Below are positions 46,220 to 61,629 of a stretch of DNA of 64,000 nt, in pieces (positions within the stretch are counted from its first letter, which is position 1; each line of letters begins with the position of its first letter). Both the position numbers and the translations under genes were made by a program. The notes under the pieces are model-generated. The model saw only the letters and a program-made list of their open reading frames with translations, was not told where the DNA came from and searched no databases. The stretch comes from Squalus acanthias (lineage: Eukaryota): the NCBI GenBank assembly GCA_030390025.1, contig CM059430.1, positions 62,682,001-62,746,000 on the forward strand, in the 5' to 3' direction.

Positions 46220-49140
46220 AAGAACACAAGATTATAAGAAATGGGAGCAGGAGTAGGCCATACGGCCCCTCGAGCCTGCTCCGCCATTCAATAAGATCAT
46301 GGCTGATCATTGACCACAACTCCACTTTCCAGCCCGATCTCCATATCACGTGATTCCCAAGAAGACCAAAAATCTATCTACCTCAGCCTTAAATATGGTC
46401 AAAGACTCAGCAACCACAGTCCTATGCGGCAGAGAATTCCAAAGATTCACAACCCTTTGAGTGAAGAAATTTCTCCTCATCTCGGTCTTAAGTGGCCTAG
46501 CTCTTATCCTGAGACTATGCCCCCTAGTTCTAGGTACTCCAGCCAGGGGAAACAACCTCTCAGCATCTAACCTGTCTATCCTCTTCAGAATCTTTTATGT
46601 TTCAATGAGATCACCTCTCATTCTTCTAAACTCCAGAGAGTTTATAGGCCCATTCTACACTATATCTCATCATAGGACAGCCCTCTCATCCCAGGAATCA
46701 ATCCAGTGAACCTTCATTGAACCGCCTCCAAGGCAAGCATACCCTTCCTTAGATAAAGAAACCGAAATTGTGCGCAGTACTCCAAGTGTGGTCTCACCAA
46801 GGCCCTATACAATTGTAGCAAGATTTTCTTACTCTTATACACCAACCCACTTGTAACAAATGCCAAAATGCTATTTGCCTTCCATATTGCTTCCTGTACC
46901 TGCATGTTAGCTTTCTGTATTTTTTGCACGAGGTCACACAAATCTCTCTGAACACCAACATATATAAATTTCTCACGTTTAAAAAATATTATGTTTTTCT
47001 TTTCTTCCCACCAAAGTGAATAACCTCCCATTTCCCTACATTATACTCCATCTGCCACCTTACTGCCCACTCATTTAGTCTATCTATATCCCTTTGCATA
47101 CTGTTTGTGTTCTCACAGCTTACTGTCCCACCTAGCTTTGGATCGTCAGCAAGCTTGGATCCATTACACTGGGTCCCTTCATCTAGGTCATTCATATAGA
47201 TTGTAAATGTCTCAGGCCCCAGCACTGATCCTTACGGCACCACAGTAGTTACAGCCTGTCAACCTTAAAAAGAAACGTTTATCCCTACTCTCTGCTTTCA
47301 GTCCGTTAACCAGACCTCTATCCATGCTACTATATTACCCCAAATCCCATGAGCCCTTATCTTGTGTAATAACATTTTATGTGTCACCTTATCGAATACC
47401 TTTTGGAAATCCAAATATACTACATCCGCTCGTTCCCCTTTATCTACCCTGCTAGTTACATCCGCAAAAAACTCTACTAAATTTGTGAAACACGATTTTC
47501 CTTTCATAAAACCATGTTGACTCTGCCTAATCATGTTATGATTTTCAAAGTGCCCTGATACTACTTCCTTAACAATGGAGTCCAGCATTTTCCCGACGAC
47601 TAATGTCTGGCTAACTGGCCTATAGTTACCTGTTTTCTCTCTCCCACTTTCTTGAATTGTGGTGTTACATTTGCTACCTTCCAATCCACTGGAACCATTC
47701 TAGACTCTAGAGAATTTTGGAAGATCAAAACTAATGCATCCACTATCTCACAGCCACCTTTTAGAACCCTAGCTGTAGGCCATCAGGTCGATGGGATTTG
47801 TCGGCTTTTAGTCCCATTAGTTTTTCGAGTACTTTTTCTCTACTTATATTAATTATGTTACGTTCCTCATCTTCATTCTACCCTTGGTTCCCCACCATAT
47901 TTGGTATGCTTTTTGCATCTTCTACTGTGAAGACAGATACAAAATATTTGTTTAACGTTTCTGCCATTTCCTTATATAATAATTTCTCCTGTCTCAGCCT
48001 CTAAGGGACCAACGTCTACTTTTGCTACTACCTTCCTTTTTAAATACTTGTAGAAGCACTTACTATCTGTTTTTATATTTCTTGCAAGTTTTCTCTCAAA
48101 TTCTATTGTTTCCCTTTTTATCAAAATTTTATTCATCCTATGCTGGTTTCTGAAACTCTCCCAATCCTCAGGCTTACTAATAATCTTCAGAACATTATAA
48201 GCTTCTTCTTTCAATCTAATGCTATCCTTAACTTCTTTTGTTAGACATGGATGGAACACTTTTCCCGCACAGTTTGTGTTTCTCAATGGAATATATTTTT
48301 GTTGAGAATTATGAAATATTTCTTTAAAAGTTAGCCACTGCTTATCTACTGCCATACCTTTTAATCTGTTTTTCGAATCTACCTTAGCCAACACGCTCCT
48401 CATACCTATATAATTGGCATAATTTAAGTTTAAGACTCTTGTTTCAGACTTAGGCAAGTCACTCTCAAATTAATGCGAAATTCTATCATATTATGATCAC
48501 TCTGCCCCAGAGGTTCCTTTACTATGAAATTGCTTATTAACCCTGTCTCATTATACAACACAAAATCTGAAATAGCCTGTTCCCTGGTTGGTTCCATGAT
48601 GTATTGTTCTGGGAAACTGTCCCAATGCATTCCATGAACTCATCCTCCAGACTAACTTTGCCAATTTTATTTCTCCAGTCTATGTGAAGATTAAAGTCCC
48701 CCAGGATTATTGCATACCTTTGTTACAAGTGCCGACTATTTCTTGATTAATATTCTGGCAAATGGTGTAGCTATTACGCTCACCAGTGTTTTCTGCCCCT
48801 TGTTATTCTTTATCGGCACCCATTATGATTCTACTTTCTGATCTTCTGAGCCGAGATCCTTTCTCTCTACTGTCCTTATGTCATCCTTTATTATCAGCGT
48901 TAACACCCCCCACCCTCCTTTTCACAGCTGCAGAGAACAGTATCTATCCCCCCCGACTATACAGTCCCCCTACTACTACCACATTCCTCCCTTCTCCCCC
49001 CACTTGGAAGGCCCCCTGTATAACGGTGCAGAGGTCAATATGCCCATCCTCCATGCAGTCCTTTTCCTCATCCATACAGGTAGCAAGTACCTCGTACCTG
49101 TTGGACAAGTTCAAGGGACGAGGATCAAAAGTATCCAACA
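46220..49140 (-). mobile_element. Degenerate CR1-type LINE, duplicated copy with a ~750-bp internal deletion at ~48920
   Basis: Same RT and endonuclease fragments as 9930-14250, without the nested insertions. Confidence 0.9.
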
Positions 49141-51838
49141 AAAAGAAGAATCTGTATTTTATAACGCCTTTAAAATAGAAGAAAACTTCCCAACTGGCAT
49201 CGCAAAATCAAAAGGAAAATGTAACTTAAATTCACGGCCCCATCCGTTTTATATGTAGGATAAGTACTGACCAGCAACAGGAAGTGCTGAAATATTCCAC
49301 AAAATGATGCAACCCTCAGCACAAATGCTTATTATCCTGTTGGAGCTCATATTATCACATGTCACTGGCTCTGCTTTTATTGTGTAAGACTGCATCACTC
49401 ATTTTCTTAAAAGTTAAGCTAAATTTTATAAAATGCTGTCTATCTCCCATAGTGCTGGGCAAGGCGAATCAAATTGGAGTTTCATCATCAGGTGAAGCAG
49501 GGTTACAGGCTGGGTGATATTTGGACCAGTGAATGCAGACGTAGCTCTATATCCTTTTAAATTCATATACATTCTGTCCTGTAAATTCCCATATTCATTT
49601 CTATAAAATTTCCTGCTGAACCGTTAGCCTGCAATTGCACCCACTGCCAGAGGCGGCACTGCAATGCCTCTAATGTGAGGAGCGCGTAAAAAACTTACAA
49701 TAGAAATGGTAAAGTTGACAGGAAAAGTGCACTAACATAATATATTGTAGTAATGTAATTCTGCCTTCATTGAACTGCCACCTTTAAGATTAACTGAATA
49801 TAGCTGCATTTAAGGGGCGGCTAGATTAATTTATGAGGGAGAAGGGAATAGAGGGTTATGCTGATAGAGTTAGAGGGGTAAAATGAGAGGAGGCTTGAGT
49901 GGTTCATAAACGCCAGCATGGACTGGTTGGGCCGAATGGCCTGTTTGTGTGCTGTATATGCTATGTAATTCTATGTATGGACCCATCTACCTATTTAGGT
50001 AGAAGTAAAAGATCCCAAGCTATTTTTCAAGAAGGACGCATAATCAGAAATCCTTGCCACAGATTTTTTTCACTCCCCCGCCAGCTATCCCGTGGGTTCT
50101 CTCAGTGACAGTGAGAATTGGTTCCAAACTGGCCCATTGCGTTCTGTGACCCCTGCCAGCAGGAACTGGCCAAGCATATTTTCTACGTTTACTGTCAGGA
50201 TCAAAGTAACCTCTGTCATTAAATGTCAATATCACAGAGTTGCACGCTGCCATTCCTGAGACTTCTTGAAGCAATTGTTTCAATTGATTCCTGAAAATTT
50301 CTAAATGAACTAACAAATTGAATAACCAATAAAATGACGTTTATTCACCCAATGCAGGGGATATAAATCAATCACTTTGTTTCAATCACATAACACAGTT
50401 ATATAAATCATTAAATACGTGCATTTAATATCTGTAGTATTCAATGAGACAAAGAAAGCCTTATTTACATTTCTGTTGCCATGATCGTTCTGCAGTGCCA
50501 CTTCCGTTGATGGACATGTGGGTGGGAAGGGGGGATGTTTTTACGAAACATAAGATCTGGCGTGTTCTGAGAAGAGTTGTGTTCACTAACATCGGAAAGG
50601 AACAGCAGTAAGTGCATGCTCGCAACTCTCTGCACAGATTATTACCGGAAGTCACAGTGGTGCATGTTGGGAGCTGCCGGTTCCTGCCTTTTTGGGCTAG
50701 TTTTCCGCTGACAATGAGCTATCGCTGGAAAGCCCTTACACTGCAAACTCGGGCTTTCAGAAAGGTGCAAGGTTCCATCCGAAAACGTTCCCAAAATCTG
50801 AGGAAAACACAGAAAATTCTATTGTGTCAATTCGGTTAAATATTTTCTTGTATATTTTGTAATTATGATGTTACATGCCCTGATTCCGGTTGTAAGCCAC
50901 AGCTTAATGGTGAAAAGAAAAACAAAGCATTTTCAAAAAGTTGAATAACGTGGCTGGCTCTTCTATATTTAATGTCTTTATTTTGCACACTGAGCATGCA
51001 TTATTTTTTTTAATATGTTCTTAGTAATTCCTCATTGTTGCTGTTTCTACCTTCCTTCTGCACGTTTGATTTGCGCATTCTTCAGCTTATCCGTTATCTG
51101 TTGCTTTTTAAAAATAAGAAACTAATTTAAACACATCAGATGTAAGTGTTATACAACGACGCAATCATCGAGATAGCGTGTGTTGGCATTTCCTACCACA
51201 AAGGTGGAGTTTTAAATTCCCATAGTCATTAAAAGCGACAGTCTGAGAATTCGTTAAAGTCATGGAACTGACCAACTCTCTCGTGTTTCTGTCAGTGCTG
51301 AGTGCACTTGGTCCAAATATTGAGTATGTGGATGAACGGGTGTTATTACATATGAGAAACGAAGGTGCAAGGGCTCTGGTGTAACTCACCATTAAGTTTG
51401 AAAAGAGTTCCGGAAAAGACCGGTAAATTAGAAATCAGGTGACTAAAGTGTATTTATAATATTAATAAGTATCTGTCTACGTTCTGCTATGTAGGTTCTG
51501 GATACTGAGGTGAAAATACAATGAATATAGTCTTGTTACTATAACTCGCCTTTATCTCCATAAAATCATTCACACCAAGTGAAATAAAGAGAGGGAAAGA
51601 AAGATGAGGTTAAGAGAGATAAATGAGATAGAAAGAATAAGAAATATATATACATTTTTAAATCTTCAATAGTAATTAAATTATGAAGGAATGAGACTCC
51701 ACCCCAGTAAAATTATATTTTCAGGGCCAGAGAGGTTGTTTGGCAGAAATTATGATTTATTGTGCCGTTAAAAATTCTCTTACACCTGCATGCACCAGCC
51801 CTCACTTTTCTGCCGTGTTTAGTGGGTAAGTAATGGGT

Positions 51839-52975
51839 TGAAGGGATAATTATTAGTCCTAGCCCCTTCAGGGCTACCCCAGATCAGGCGTATTTCTCAA
51901 GACATTCACTTTCAACTAAAGTTTGAGGTAGCCGAATCCTAAAGACGCTTAATTGGGTCTAAAGGTCCGGACTATCTCTCCCTAATGGAAAGGAACAACC
52001 CGAGAATGTTACCGTCCTCCAGATAGCACTTTTAATAAGTTTAGCTAGACTGTAACATTCCGGATATTATGAGGGTCTGGAAAACTCCCTCAGAATTCTG
52101 CAACTCCTCACCAAAGAGTGTACAGAGATTGAGTTCACGAGTTTTTGATACAGAAGTCTTATTTGAGACAATTCTAAAAATATATAGATTTATTAAAGAA
52201 CCAACATGTCATTTACAGTTGGTGAGTCAATCGCAACATTAACAGTTCTAAAAAGAGAAAACTTCCAATCTTATTATTAACAGAGAATCTTACTTTTAAA
52301 TCTTAACTTCGCTACAGTATTACAGTTCTTAGTGTTCTACAGGCTATCCAGCAAAATCAAATACCTTTGATTCCCGAGGTACAAAGAGTTGGAGACTTAC
52401 AGGGCTGCCTCTGAAGCTGAGAATCGCTTTGCCCGATTAAAGTGAGTCTGTTATCCCATTTGAGAGTTCAATATTTACACCTTTTTCCAGTGGTATTTCC
52501 TTTAAGGTTTTCTGCTTATCCAAGTTAATTATCTCTAGTTATTTTTCTGCCGACCTCTGCAACTCTTACAGCCACCTCAGCCAGAATCATGTCTCATCTC
52601 TAGGTGTTCTAAGTTTATCATATAAAAAACGGTGTGACGGCAGGTGTTCCTTACTTTATGTCATCTTTACGAGGGCAGATGTTCCTTACTTTATGTGCTT
52701 CTTTACGAAGTGTAAATTGGAACACCTTATCCATGGTGAACCATTGTTTTTGTTCCCAATGATCACCCTGTCGGAGCCCTTCAGCTTCTGTTTCAATAAG
52801 GTTATTTATTCGGGGTCAACAACTGTCTTATCTCAATAGCCAGAATGCTTTCACAGCTATTTCATGGTTATTTTTCTAAATTTCCAAACCCAGTTTGTCA
52901 AGTTTTAATAAGGCCAGAATTCTTTCATAAGATAGTGTATTTTTCTGAATAGGTTATATGGCTTATTCCTTCACA
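51839..52975. mobile_element. Possible solo LTR
   Basis: Ends tgaagggataa...ttattccttca form an 11-bp inverted repeat with one mismatch. No ORF. TSD not clean. Confidence 0.4.
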
Positions 52976-53730
52976 GGGTTGGAAGCGCAACTTCACGCAC
53001 TTCAAGTGTTTTAATGCAGTATCTATCAGAGAGGAACCGGGATAGCACAGCTTGTGGAGAAGCACGACGAATCTGAAAGCAACTGCCAGATTTCTACATT
53101 TAACTGCACATGTGTGGACTCCGGAATTTGCTGTCCGATTACTCCAGAATAAAGGAGAGTGCTGATAGCCTCGGTGTTATAACAATCGCAAGACCAGGCC
53201 ATGACAGTAACTTGTATTCAACATCCACGATCAGAATTTATCTCATGGGTGAAAGCAATTCAAATGAAAGCTTCCTCTTGTAAGAAAAAGTTGGACACTG
53301 TGAACTTGGAGTATTTTAAAATTAGCGGCTGCATTGTGAGATACATCGTGTTCAGCACAGCTGCTGAAACAGAGGTGCTCTGAGAAATGGAAGGAAGGAA
53401 GTAGTAATTACGATGAGAACAGTAAAAGAAGTGCTCGCCCACCCGAAGTCTTTCCTGGAATACACTTTACAGGCTGCAACCATTTGAACACAAAGACATC
53501 TTATTGCACTAGGACGCGAATAACTGACAAATAGCTAAGTAATTAATCACAGTAACTAACTGTTAATTTATTTAACAGCACGCTGAGTCCAGCTATTTAA
53601 TTATCAAGGCCTCAAGTGATCAATTAGTTCAACAAATAAACTGGTTAACTAACAAATAAATCAATACATTAATTAAATAATTAATTATGAAATGCCTGTG
53701 CAGGCATTGTGTCTGGATTTTAGACTTTGG

Positions 53731-54086
53731 GAATTTGTGGAAGAGGAAGCTGTTAAGAGCAGATTGTGGACAAGGAGACTGTCCAAGGGGAGTTAGTCGA
53801 CAAGGAGGCTGTCCAAGAGGAGTTTGTGGACAAGGAGACTGTCTAAGAGGAGTTTGTGGACAAGGAGACTGTCCGAGAGGAGTTTTTGGACAAGGAGACT
53901 GTCTAAGAGGAGTTTGTGGACAAGGAGACTGTCCAAGATGAGTTTGTGTACAAGGAGGCTGTCCAAGAGGAGTTTGTGGTCAAGGAGACTATCCAAGATG
54001 AGTTACTGGACAAGGAGACTCTCCAAGAGGGGTGTGTGGACAAGGACACTGTCCAAAATGAGTTTGTTGACAAGGAGGCTGTCCAA
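53731..54086 (+). repeat. 30-bp minisatellite, ~12 units (paralog)
   Basis: Same unit and same flanks as 16770-17186. Confidence 0.95.
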
Positions 54087-54299
54087 CACTGCCACTTCTG
54101 CTAGAAATGTCTCTGTTTCGAGATCCTCTGGCTCAGAGTCATTGAGCTGGAGTCAGAGTTAGAGACATTCTGACACATAAGGGAGGAGGAGAAATTGCTC
54201 GATAATTTACGACAGATTGCAGTGACACATCAGAAAAGGGAGAATGAGACTATCAGTAAGCCGGGTAAGGGGAACGTAGCAGAGGTAGAGAAGAAGGTA

Positions 54300-57200
54300 C
54301 AGTAGCATAGTGCTTATTTTACTGGACTATTAATCCAGAGGCCTGGCCGAATAATTCAGAGACATGAGGTCAAATCACACCATGGCAGCTGGGGAATTTA
54401 AATTCAGTTAAATAAACCTGGAATAAAAAGCTAGTTTCAGTAATGGTGACCTTGAAACTACCAGATTGTCATAAAAACCCATCTGATTCACTAATATCCT
54501 TTAGGGAAGGAACCTGCCGTCGTTACCTTGTCTGGCCTATATGCGACTCCAGACCCGCAGCAATGTGGCTCACTCTTAACTGTCCTCTGAAATGGCCTAG
54601 CAAGCCATTCAGTTGTACCACACCGGTACGATAAAAAAAACAAGAATAAAACCGGACGAACCATCCGGCATCGACCTAGGCACCGGCTTCAGACAGGACA
54701 AAGGCATGCACAGCCCAGTCGTTCCTGCAAAGACTTCCACACTGACATCTGAGGACTTGTGCCAAAATGGGGAGAGCTGTCCCACAGATTAGTCACGCAA
54801 CAGCCTGACATGGTCATGCTCACAGAATCAGATATTTCAGCCAATCTCCACGGCTCCTCCATCACCATGCCCTGGGTATGTCCTGTCCCAACAGCAGGAC
54901 AGACCCAACAGAGGTGGATGCACAGTGAAATACAGTCGGGAGGGAGTGACCCTGGGAGTACACAACATTGACTCTGGATCCGATGAAGTCTCATGGCATC
55001 ATGTCAAGCAAGAGCATGGAAACCTCCTGCTGATTACTACCTACCACCCTCCTCAGCTGATGATTCATTACCCCTTCATGCTGAACACCATTTGGAGCAA
55101 GCACTGAGGGTGGCAAGTACACAGAATGTACTTTGGGTGGGGGAGTTCAAAGTCCATCGCCAAGAGTAGCTCGGCAGCACCACTACTGATGGAGCTGGCC
55201 GAGACCTGAAGGACATAGCTGCCAGACTGGGCTTGTGACATTTGGTGAGAGAACCAACAAGAGGGAAAACCCTACTTGACCTCGACCTCACCAATCTACC
55301 TGTCCCAGATGCATCTGTCCATTACAGTATTGGTAGCAGTGACCACCGCAAAGTTCTTGTGGAGACGAAGTCCCGTCTTCACACTGAGGACAACCTCCAT
55401 CGTGTTGTGTGGTACTACCACCGTGCTAAATGGGATAGATTCAGAACAGATCTAACAGCTGGGTATCCATGAGGCGTTGGGGTCCATCATTAGCAGCAGA
55501 ATTGTATCTCACCACAATCTGAAACCTCATGGCCTGGTGTATTCATCACACTACCATTATCATCAAGCCAGGGGATCATTACTGGTTCAATGAGGAATGT
55601 AGAAGAGCATGCCAGGAGCAGCACCAGGTGTACCAAAAATTGAGGTGCCAATCTGTGGAACATGAAACACAGGAATACTTGCATGCTAAACAACAGATCC
55701 AGCATGTTATAGACAGGGCTAAGTGATTTCACAACCAACGGATCAGATTAAAGTTTTGCAATCCTGCCACATCCAACCGTGAATGGTGGTGGACAATTAA
55801 ACAATGAAGAAGAGGAGGAGGCTCCAGGACCATCGGTATCCTCAATGATGGCGGAGGCCAGCGGTCGAGTGCAAATGACAACGATAAAGTGTAACTGTTT
55901 TCAGCTACAAGTGCCGAGTGGATGATACATCTCGGCCTCCTCCTGAGGTCCCCACCCTCACAGATGTCAGTCTTCAGCCAATTCGATTCACTCCACGTGA
56001 TATCAAGAAACGGCTGAGCGCATTGGAAACAGCAAAGACTGTAGGCCCCGCCAACATCCCAGCTTGTACTCCAGAAATAGCCGCGCCTCTAGCCAAGCTG
56101 TTCCAGCACAGCTACAACACTGGCATCTACCCGACAATGTGGAAAACTGAAAACTGGAAAACTGTCCTGTCCAAATCGGCTGGACAAATTCAATCCGGCC
56201 AATTACTGCCCCATCAGTCTACTCTCAATCATCAGCAAAGTGATGGAAGGTGCTGTCAACAGTGCTAACTGGCGGCACGTACTCACCAATAACCTGTTCA
56301 CCGATGCTCAGTTTAGGTTCCACCAAGACCACTCGGCTCCAGATCTCATTACAGCCTTGGTCCAAACATGGACGAAAGAGCTGAATTACAAAGGTGAGGG
56401 GAGAGTGACTGCTTATGACATCAATACAACATTTGACCAAGTATGGCATCAAGGAGCCCTAGTAAAACTGAAATCAATGGGAATCCGGGGGAAAACCCTC
56501 CACTGGCTGGAGTCATACGTAGCACAGAAGAAGGTGGTTGTGGTTGTTGGAAGCCGATTTTCTCAGCCCCTGTACATCGCTGCAGGAGTTCCTCAGGGCA
56601 GTGTCCTAGGCCAAACCATCTTCAGCTGCTTCATCAATGACCTTCCCTCCATCATAAGGTCAGAAGTGGGGATGCTCGGTGATGAATGCACAGTATTCAG
56701 ATCCATTCGCATCGCCTCAGATAATGAAGCAGTCCATGCCCGCAACCAGCAAGATTTGGACGACATTCAGGCTTGGGCTGATAAGTGGCAAGTAACAACC
56801 GCGCCACACAAGTGCCAGGCAATGGCCATCTCCAAGAAGAGTGATTCTAACCAACTCCCCTTTACATTTACGTAAGCCGAATCCCTACCATCAACATCCT
56901 GTGGGTCACCATTGACCACAAACATACCTGGACCAGCCACATAAATACTGTGGCTACAAGAATAGGTCAGAGGCTGGATATTCTGGGGCGACTGTCTCAC
57001 CCCTGACTCCCCAAAGCCTTTCCACAATCTACAAGGCACAAGTCAGGAGTGTGATGGAATACTCTCCACTTGCCTGGATGAGTGCTGCTCCAACAACACT
57101 CAAGCAGCTCGACACCATCCAGGACAAAGCAGCCCGCTTGATTGGCATCCCATCCACCACCTTAAACATTCACTCCCTCCACCACTGCCGCACATTGGCT

Positions 57201-57557
57201 GCAGTGTGTACCTTCTGCAAGATGCACTGCAGCAACTCGCCAAGGCTTCTTCGACAGCAGCTCTCTACCACCTAGAAGGACTGGAGCAGCAGGCGCATGG
57301 GAACACCATCACCTCCAAGTTCCCCTCCAAGTCACACGCCGTCCTGTATTGGAAACATAGCGCCGTTCCTTCCTCGTCGCTTGGTCAAACTCCTGGAACT
57401 CCCTCCCAAACAGCACTGTGGGATTACCTTCACCAGACGGACTGCAGCGGTTGAAGATGGCTGCTCACCACTACCTTCTCAAAAACAATTAGTAATGGGC
57501 TATAAATGATTGTCTTTCCAGTGCCGCCCACATCCCAGGAGAGAATGGTATAAAAAG
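54300..57557 (+). mobile_element. Near full-length degenerate LINE (family 2), duplicated copy
   Basis: ORF 56240-56875 has RT motifs including GVPQGSVLG. Confidence 0.85.
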
Positions 57558-59598
57558 AGTCCAGTAGGTATTGCTCGGATCGAACAGGCACAATATACTG
57601 GATACCTGTGAGGATAATGTGAAATACAGTGGGAAGGACAGCCAGAATGCCGACAAAGGCACTATGGAGCAGGAGGCCGTCTAAGGGAGGAGGTGCAGAG
57701 TAGAAACGCTGTAGTTATTGGAGGTTCTATAATTAGGAGGATAGATAGTATTCTTTTCAGTCAGGATCGAGTATTCCAAAGGGTGTTTTGCCGACCCAGT
57801 ACTAGTGTCAGGTGCATTTCGAAACGGCAAGAAAATAATCTGGAAAGGGTGGGGCTGGGAGTAGGATCCACTTGTTCTGCTCCATTTCAGAACAAACAAA
57901 TTAGGAAAGATTAGGGAAGAGGTCCAATGTTAGCAGTCAACCTCCTTCCTCCTCTGGTTCAGAACAACACGTTTCAAGTAAGCACAAGACACTTCGTAGC
58001 ACAGTATACGGAACACACTTTATTGATACACAGTAAAGATGATCAGTCTAACTGTTCTTGGGTTACAAGTTTTCACTTTCGAACCCTCTAAATTACTGTT
58101 GAAAACCATCCTCCTTTAAACACCATATTTTGACTACTGCAAAGGAAAACATCATAGATAAGACGGCATGACGTATCTATCCCCAGATCCTTTAAAGATA
58201 AACTATTCATGTAAACAGTTGTCGTTCTTTACTTCAAAGCTACTTCCCCTAAGCAAGACCGCCTGAGGTAACAGACCATAAACACTTTGAAGAAAAAACT
58301 TTATCAACTGTTATCTGCAGCTAATATATTCTCTATCCATGTTTTATTATTCCAGCCCATAAAGTTACATTTTATTACCTTACAACTAAACCTTAACCAC
58401 TCATGGGTGACGTCATTCCAACATTTATTTCCTTGCACAAGCACTTTACATATCAGAAGAGAAGCACTGCATTCCTTTCAGAACACTTCAAAGTCATTCT
58501 GTTTATATTTGAAAGTTTATTCCTTCATGATATACAGAAGGTCGACTGTTAAAATTTTAACTCTCACGATGTCCAACATATCCTCCACTTTTTATTTCTT
58601 ATTATTATTTCTTCTCATACGATGAAGTGGATTGTTAATACAATAAAGGTTGTAGTTGCCTTTCCAACAGTCGGTTCAATGCTAACATCTTCTTCCGCAC
58701 CCAGCAGCAAATGGTTAAGGTGTTAACCAATAACAGGAGATGTAAGCCGACAATGCAAACGATAGGGAGCAAGCAATATTTAAAAATCCAGCGGCCGATG
58801 GCGACCACCCTAGTAATGACCCCCACCATGAGTATTTAACGTCATGTATTAACTTAGCTTGAATCACCTGCATCTGATCTAGGTTGCCATTAGTTTCCAA
58901 ACGCAATCTCCCATCACAATCCCTGAATTCACCTAAATCTCTCTCCACATGCTCATTATCCATTAACTGTCTAATGTTGTTTATATTAAGTCCCATATCC
59001 ATACCCGTAATCGAATAGATAAACTCTCCTACAGTCTTACCCCAATGATACAATTGTGGATCAGTCAATAAGAGACCTCCACATATCGATACAGACCACC
59101 ATACAAACATAAGCAACAGTTTGACAATCAAGCATTGCAATAGTTACATTTTTACACTCAGTTATAAAACATAACAGTGCACGTCCAACATAAAATAACA
59201 TGGAACTCATACATTTTAACCTCCCGATATTGCGTGTGAATGTACTTGTAATACGCACACAAACGTCCACGCCAAGGTTCTACTTTTATTTTAAAATGCC
59301 AACGTATAAGAGGTTTCATCTTTATGCCACCACGTAGTGAGCCAGACACTGGGGTTGGCTCTATAATCAGCCATGCACACCAAACTGCTAAACATACCAC
59401 ATGGAAGTCGAGCTTCCTTTATAAATGGTATCATAATGAATGTTTTATTGTAACCAATCATGGTGGCCCCATGCCTGTTTCTGCACCTGGCAATGTGTGC
59501 TACCTGCGATCTACACTCCTCCTTCTTCGTACATGTTTCAAGTCCGAATCCTTAATTAATTTACACTATAAGCATCCTGGTGTAATCCTAACAGTAAT

Positions 59599-60341
59599 GG
59601 GCCAAAAATTCATCCCGCGACGCGAGAGTACGCACTGCGTACTCTCGCATATTCTCTCTCCAATTGCCGGTTTTCTGCATGCCCTGCGCATGCGCTGAAA
59701 ACCGGCACTTGGTCTTTTGAAAAGGGGGCGGTTCCTCGGTGCATCGCGTGCGCGCTACAGGCTGCGCGCACGCTGTGCACTTCATGCTTTGGACGCGCAG
59801 GTAAGTATGGAAGATTTTAGAAATGGAAAAAGGAGGAGTAAGACACACTTTTAACAAGGTAAGTAGTGAATTAAGTATTTTTTTGAATTTTTTTTAACAG
59901 GTATATCTTTTTTAGAGACTTTAAAGACAGGTAAGTTTATTTTTATAACTTTTTAAAAGATTTTAAATTTTTTCAAAAATTTAATTTTTTATTTAAAATG
60001 GTTAATTTATTTAACTATACTTATTTTGTTAATGTGATGGGTTTTTTTTTAATTTAATTGAGGTTTAGCTGTTATTTTGGGGGTGTGGAAGATTCATAGA
60101 TTTCACAGCACCGATGTGAAACTTATGAATGGAAGATGGTGTGCTGCCATTGGCTCTAACTGAGTCACGTGATCCCACAGCTCGCACGAATTCACTACGC
60201 AGGTGGGATACGCAAGCACTGCCCAGCTGATGTCTGGAACATCAAGTTCGTGCGAGCTGGATCTGAAAAAGCACAAGCGGAGTGAGAGAGCGCGGGGAAG
60301 CCTTACCCCCGCGGGAACAGAGCGAGATCAATTTCTGGGCC
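59599..60341. mobile_element. MITE-like TIR element, opposite orientation, inside the env-like region
   Basis: gggccaaaaatt...aatttctgggcc. Confidence 0.85.
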
Positions 60342-61629
60342 ATTACATTATTGTCCCCGTACTTCATTCCACTAAAGTCTTTATTCCGTCGTCCACAACT
60401 GACCGATTCTCGAAGCCATTTGCCGATCCATTGTACCAACACAAATATTCAGTTCATGTCGTATCAGTAAAAGCAGTCCCAGAGATAAGACGGTGATCAT
60501 TGACGTTTTCCATTCAGTCCGCTCAATACGTAACAGGGTTTGGTGGGACAGAAACGAAAGTTGCAGAGACAAAATGGTTTTGTATTACAGTATACATTAA
60601 CAATATCATTGACAGCATCAAGAACAACACACGACAAACAAAAGGGTTGCACCACAATCTTTTCTCCATCTCCTTTCCCCGTGGCCGAATTCACTATCAG
60701 GGATTCTTTATCTGCGGTCATCTGGATAAGAAACAAAATTGTCATCGCTTACTCCTGCAATTTCTCCTGTTCCTGACCATTGGCCAGAGTAAAGCAGGGT
60801 CAGACATACACTAGAAAGCAAAAACAACAGAGTTGTTTGTGGAAAGAGTTAACTTCTTTGCATTTCAAAAGAACACAAACCCAGACATCATCAATCAATG
60901 TCAGCATCTCCCAGCTTTCAAGTAAATTACTTAAAAGAACAAACCCACTGAATTCCCGAAAACTTTGCGGCCTGGAAACTGAGACAAATATGCAGATACA
61001 ATTATAATTTAGGAAACAAATTTCAGCGTCTTAAAGACCTCCAATTTAACATCATTAAGATTTCCAAGTGAAAGAACAGAGGCTCCGCCAGTGTCAGATA
61101 CACACAGGGTGTAGAAAAAAGAATAACAGCCTCCAGAAAGACAAATATATCTTCCACCCGCTCTTTCTCCTGCATTTCCTCAGTTCCCTTAGGTTTCCTA
61201 AACGGTTGAATCTGTGTTACATGATTCCGTGAGACACCCAGCTTACCCATGTTAAAAGTATGTAAAGGGGGTCTTACTCTGTCAACAACTGTAAACGGAC
61301 CTTTTCATTTTGAGGAACCAAAAGGCACCATGGGCCTCGGATTCAGGACCATAACCTTCTGTCCCAACTCCATCTCAGAAACATCTGACCGATCATCACA
61401 CCATGCAATCCTACGGACAAGATTGGCTTCATCAGTAGCACCCAGACTCGCTTGTACAGCGAGGAGATGCTCTGTAAAGTGTTCCATCCTGATACAAAAC
61501 CTGTGTTTGATTCTCATGGGCAAAGGGAGAAAGGAGATTCTCCCAGAATGGAATTGGACGGTCCATCAATGCTTCATACCGTGCAAACCCTGTAGATTTG
61601 AACAACCGAGCACGGATACGCATCAGCAC

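Larger units (their letters stand above)
30200..58566. repeat. Segmental duplication copy 2
   Basis: Collinear with 1700-22373, apart from copy-specific insertions and deletions. Confidence 0.85.
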
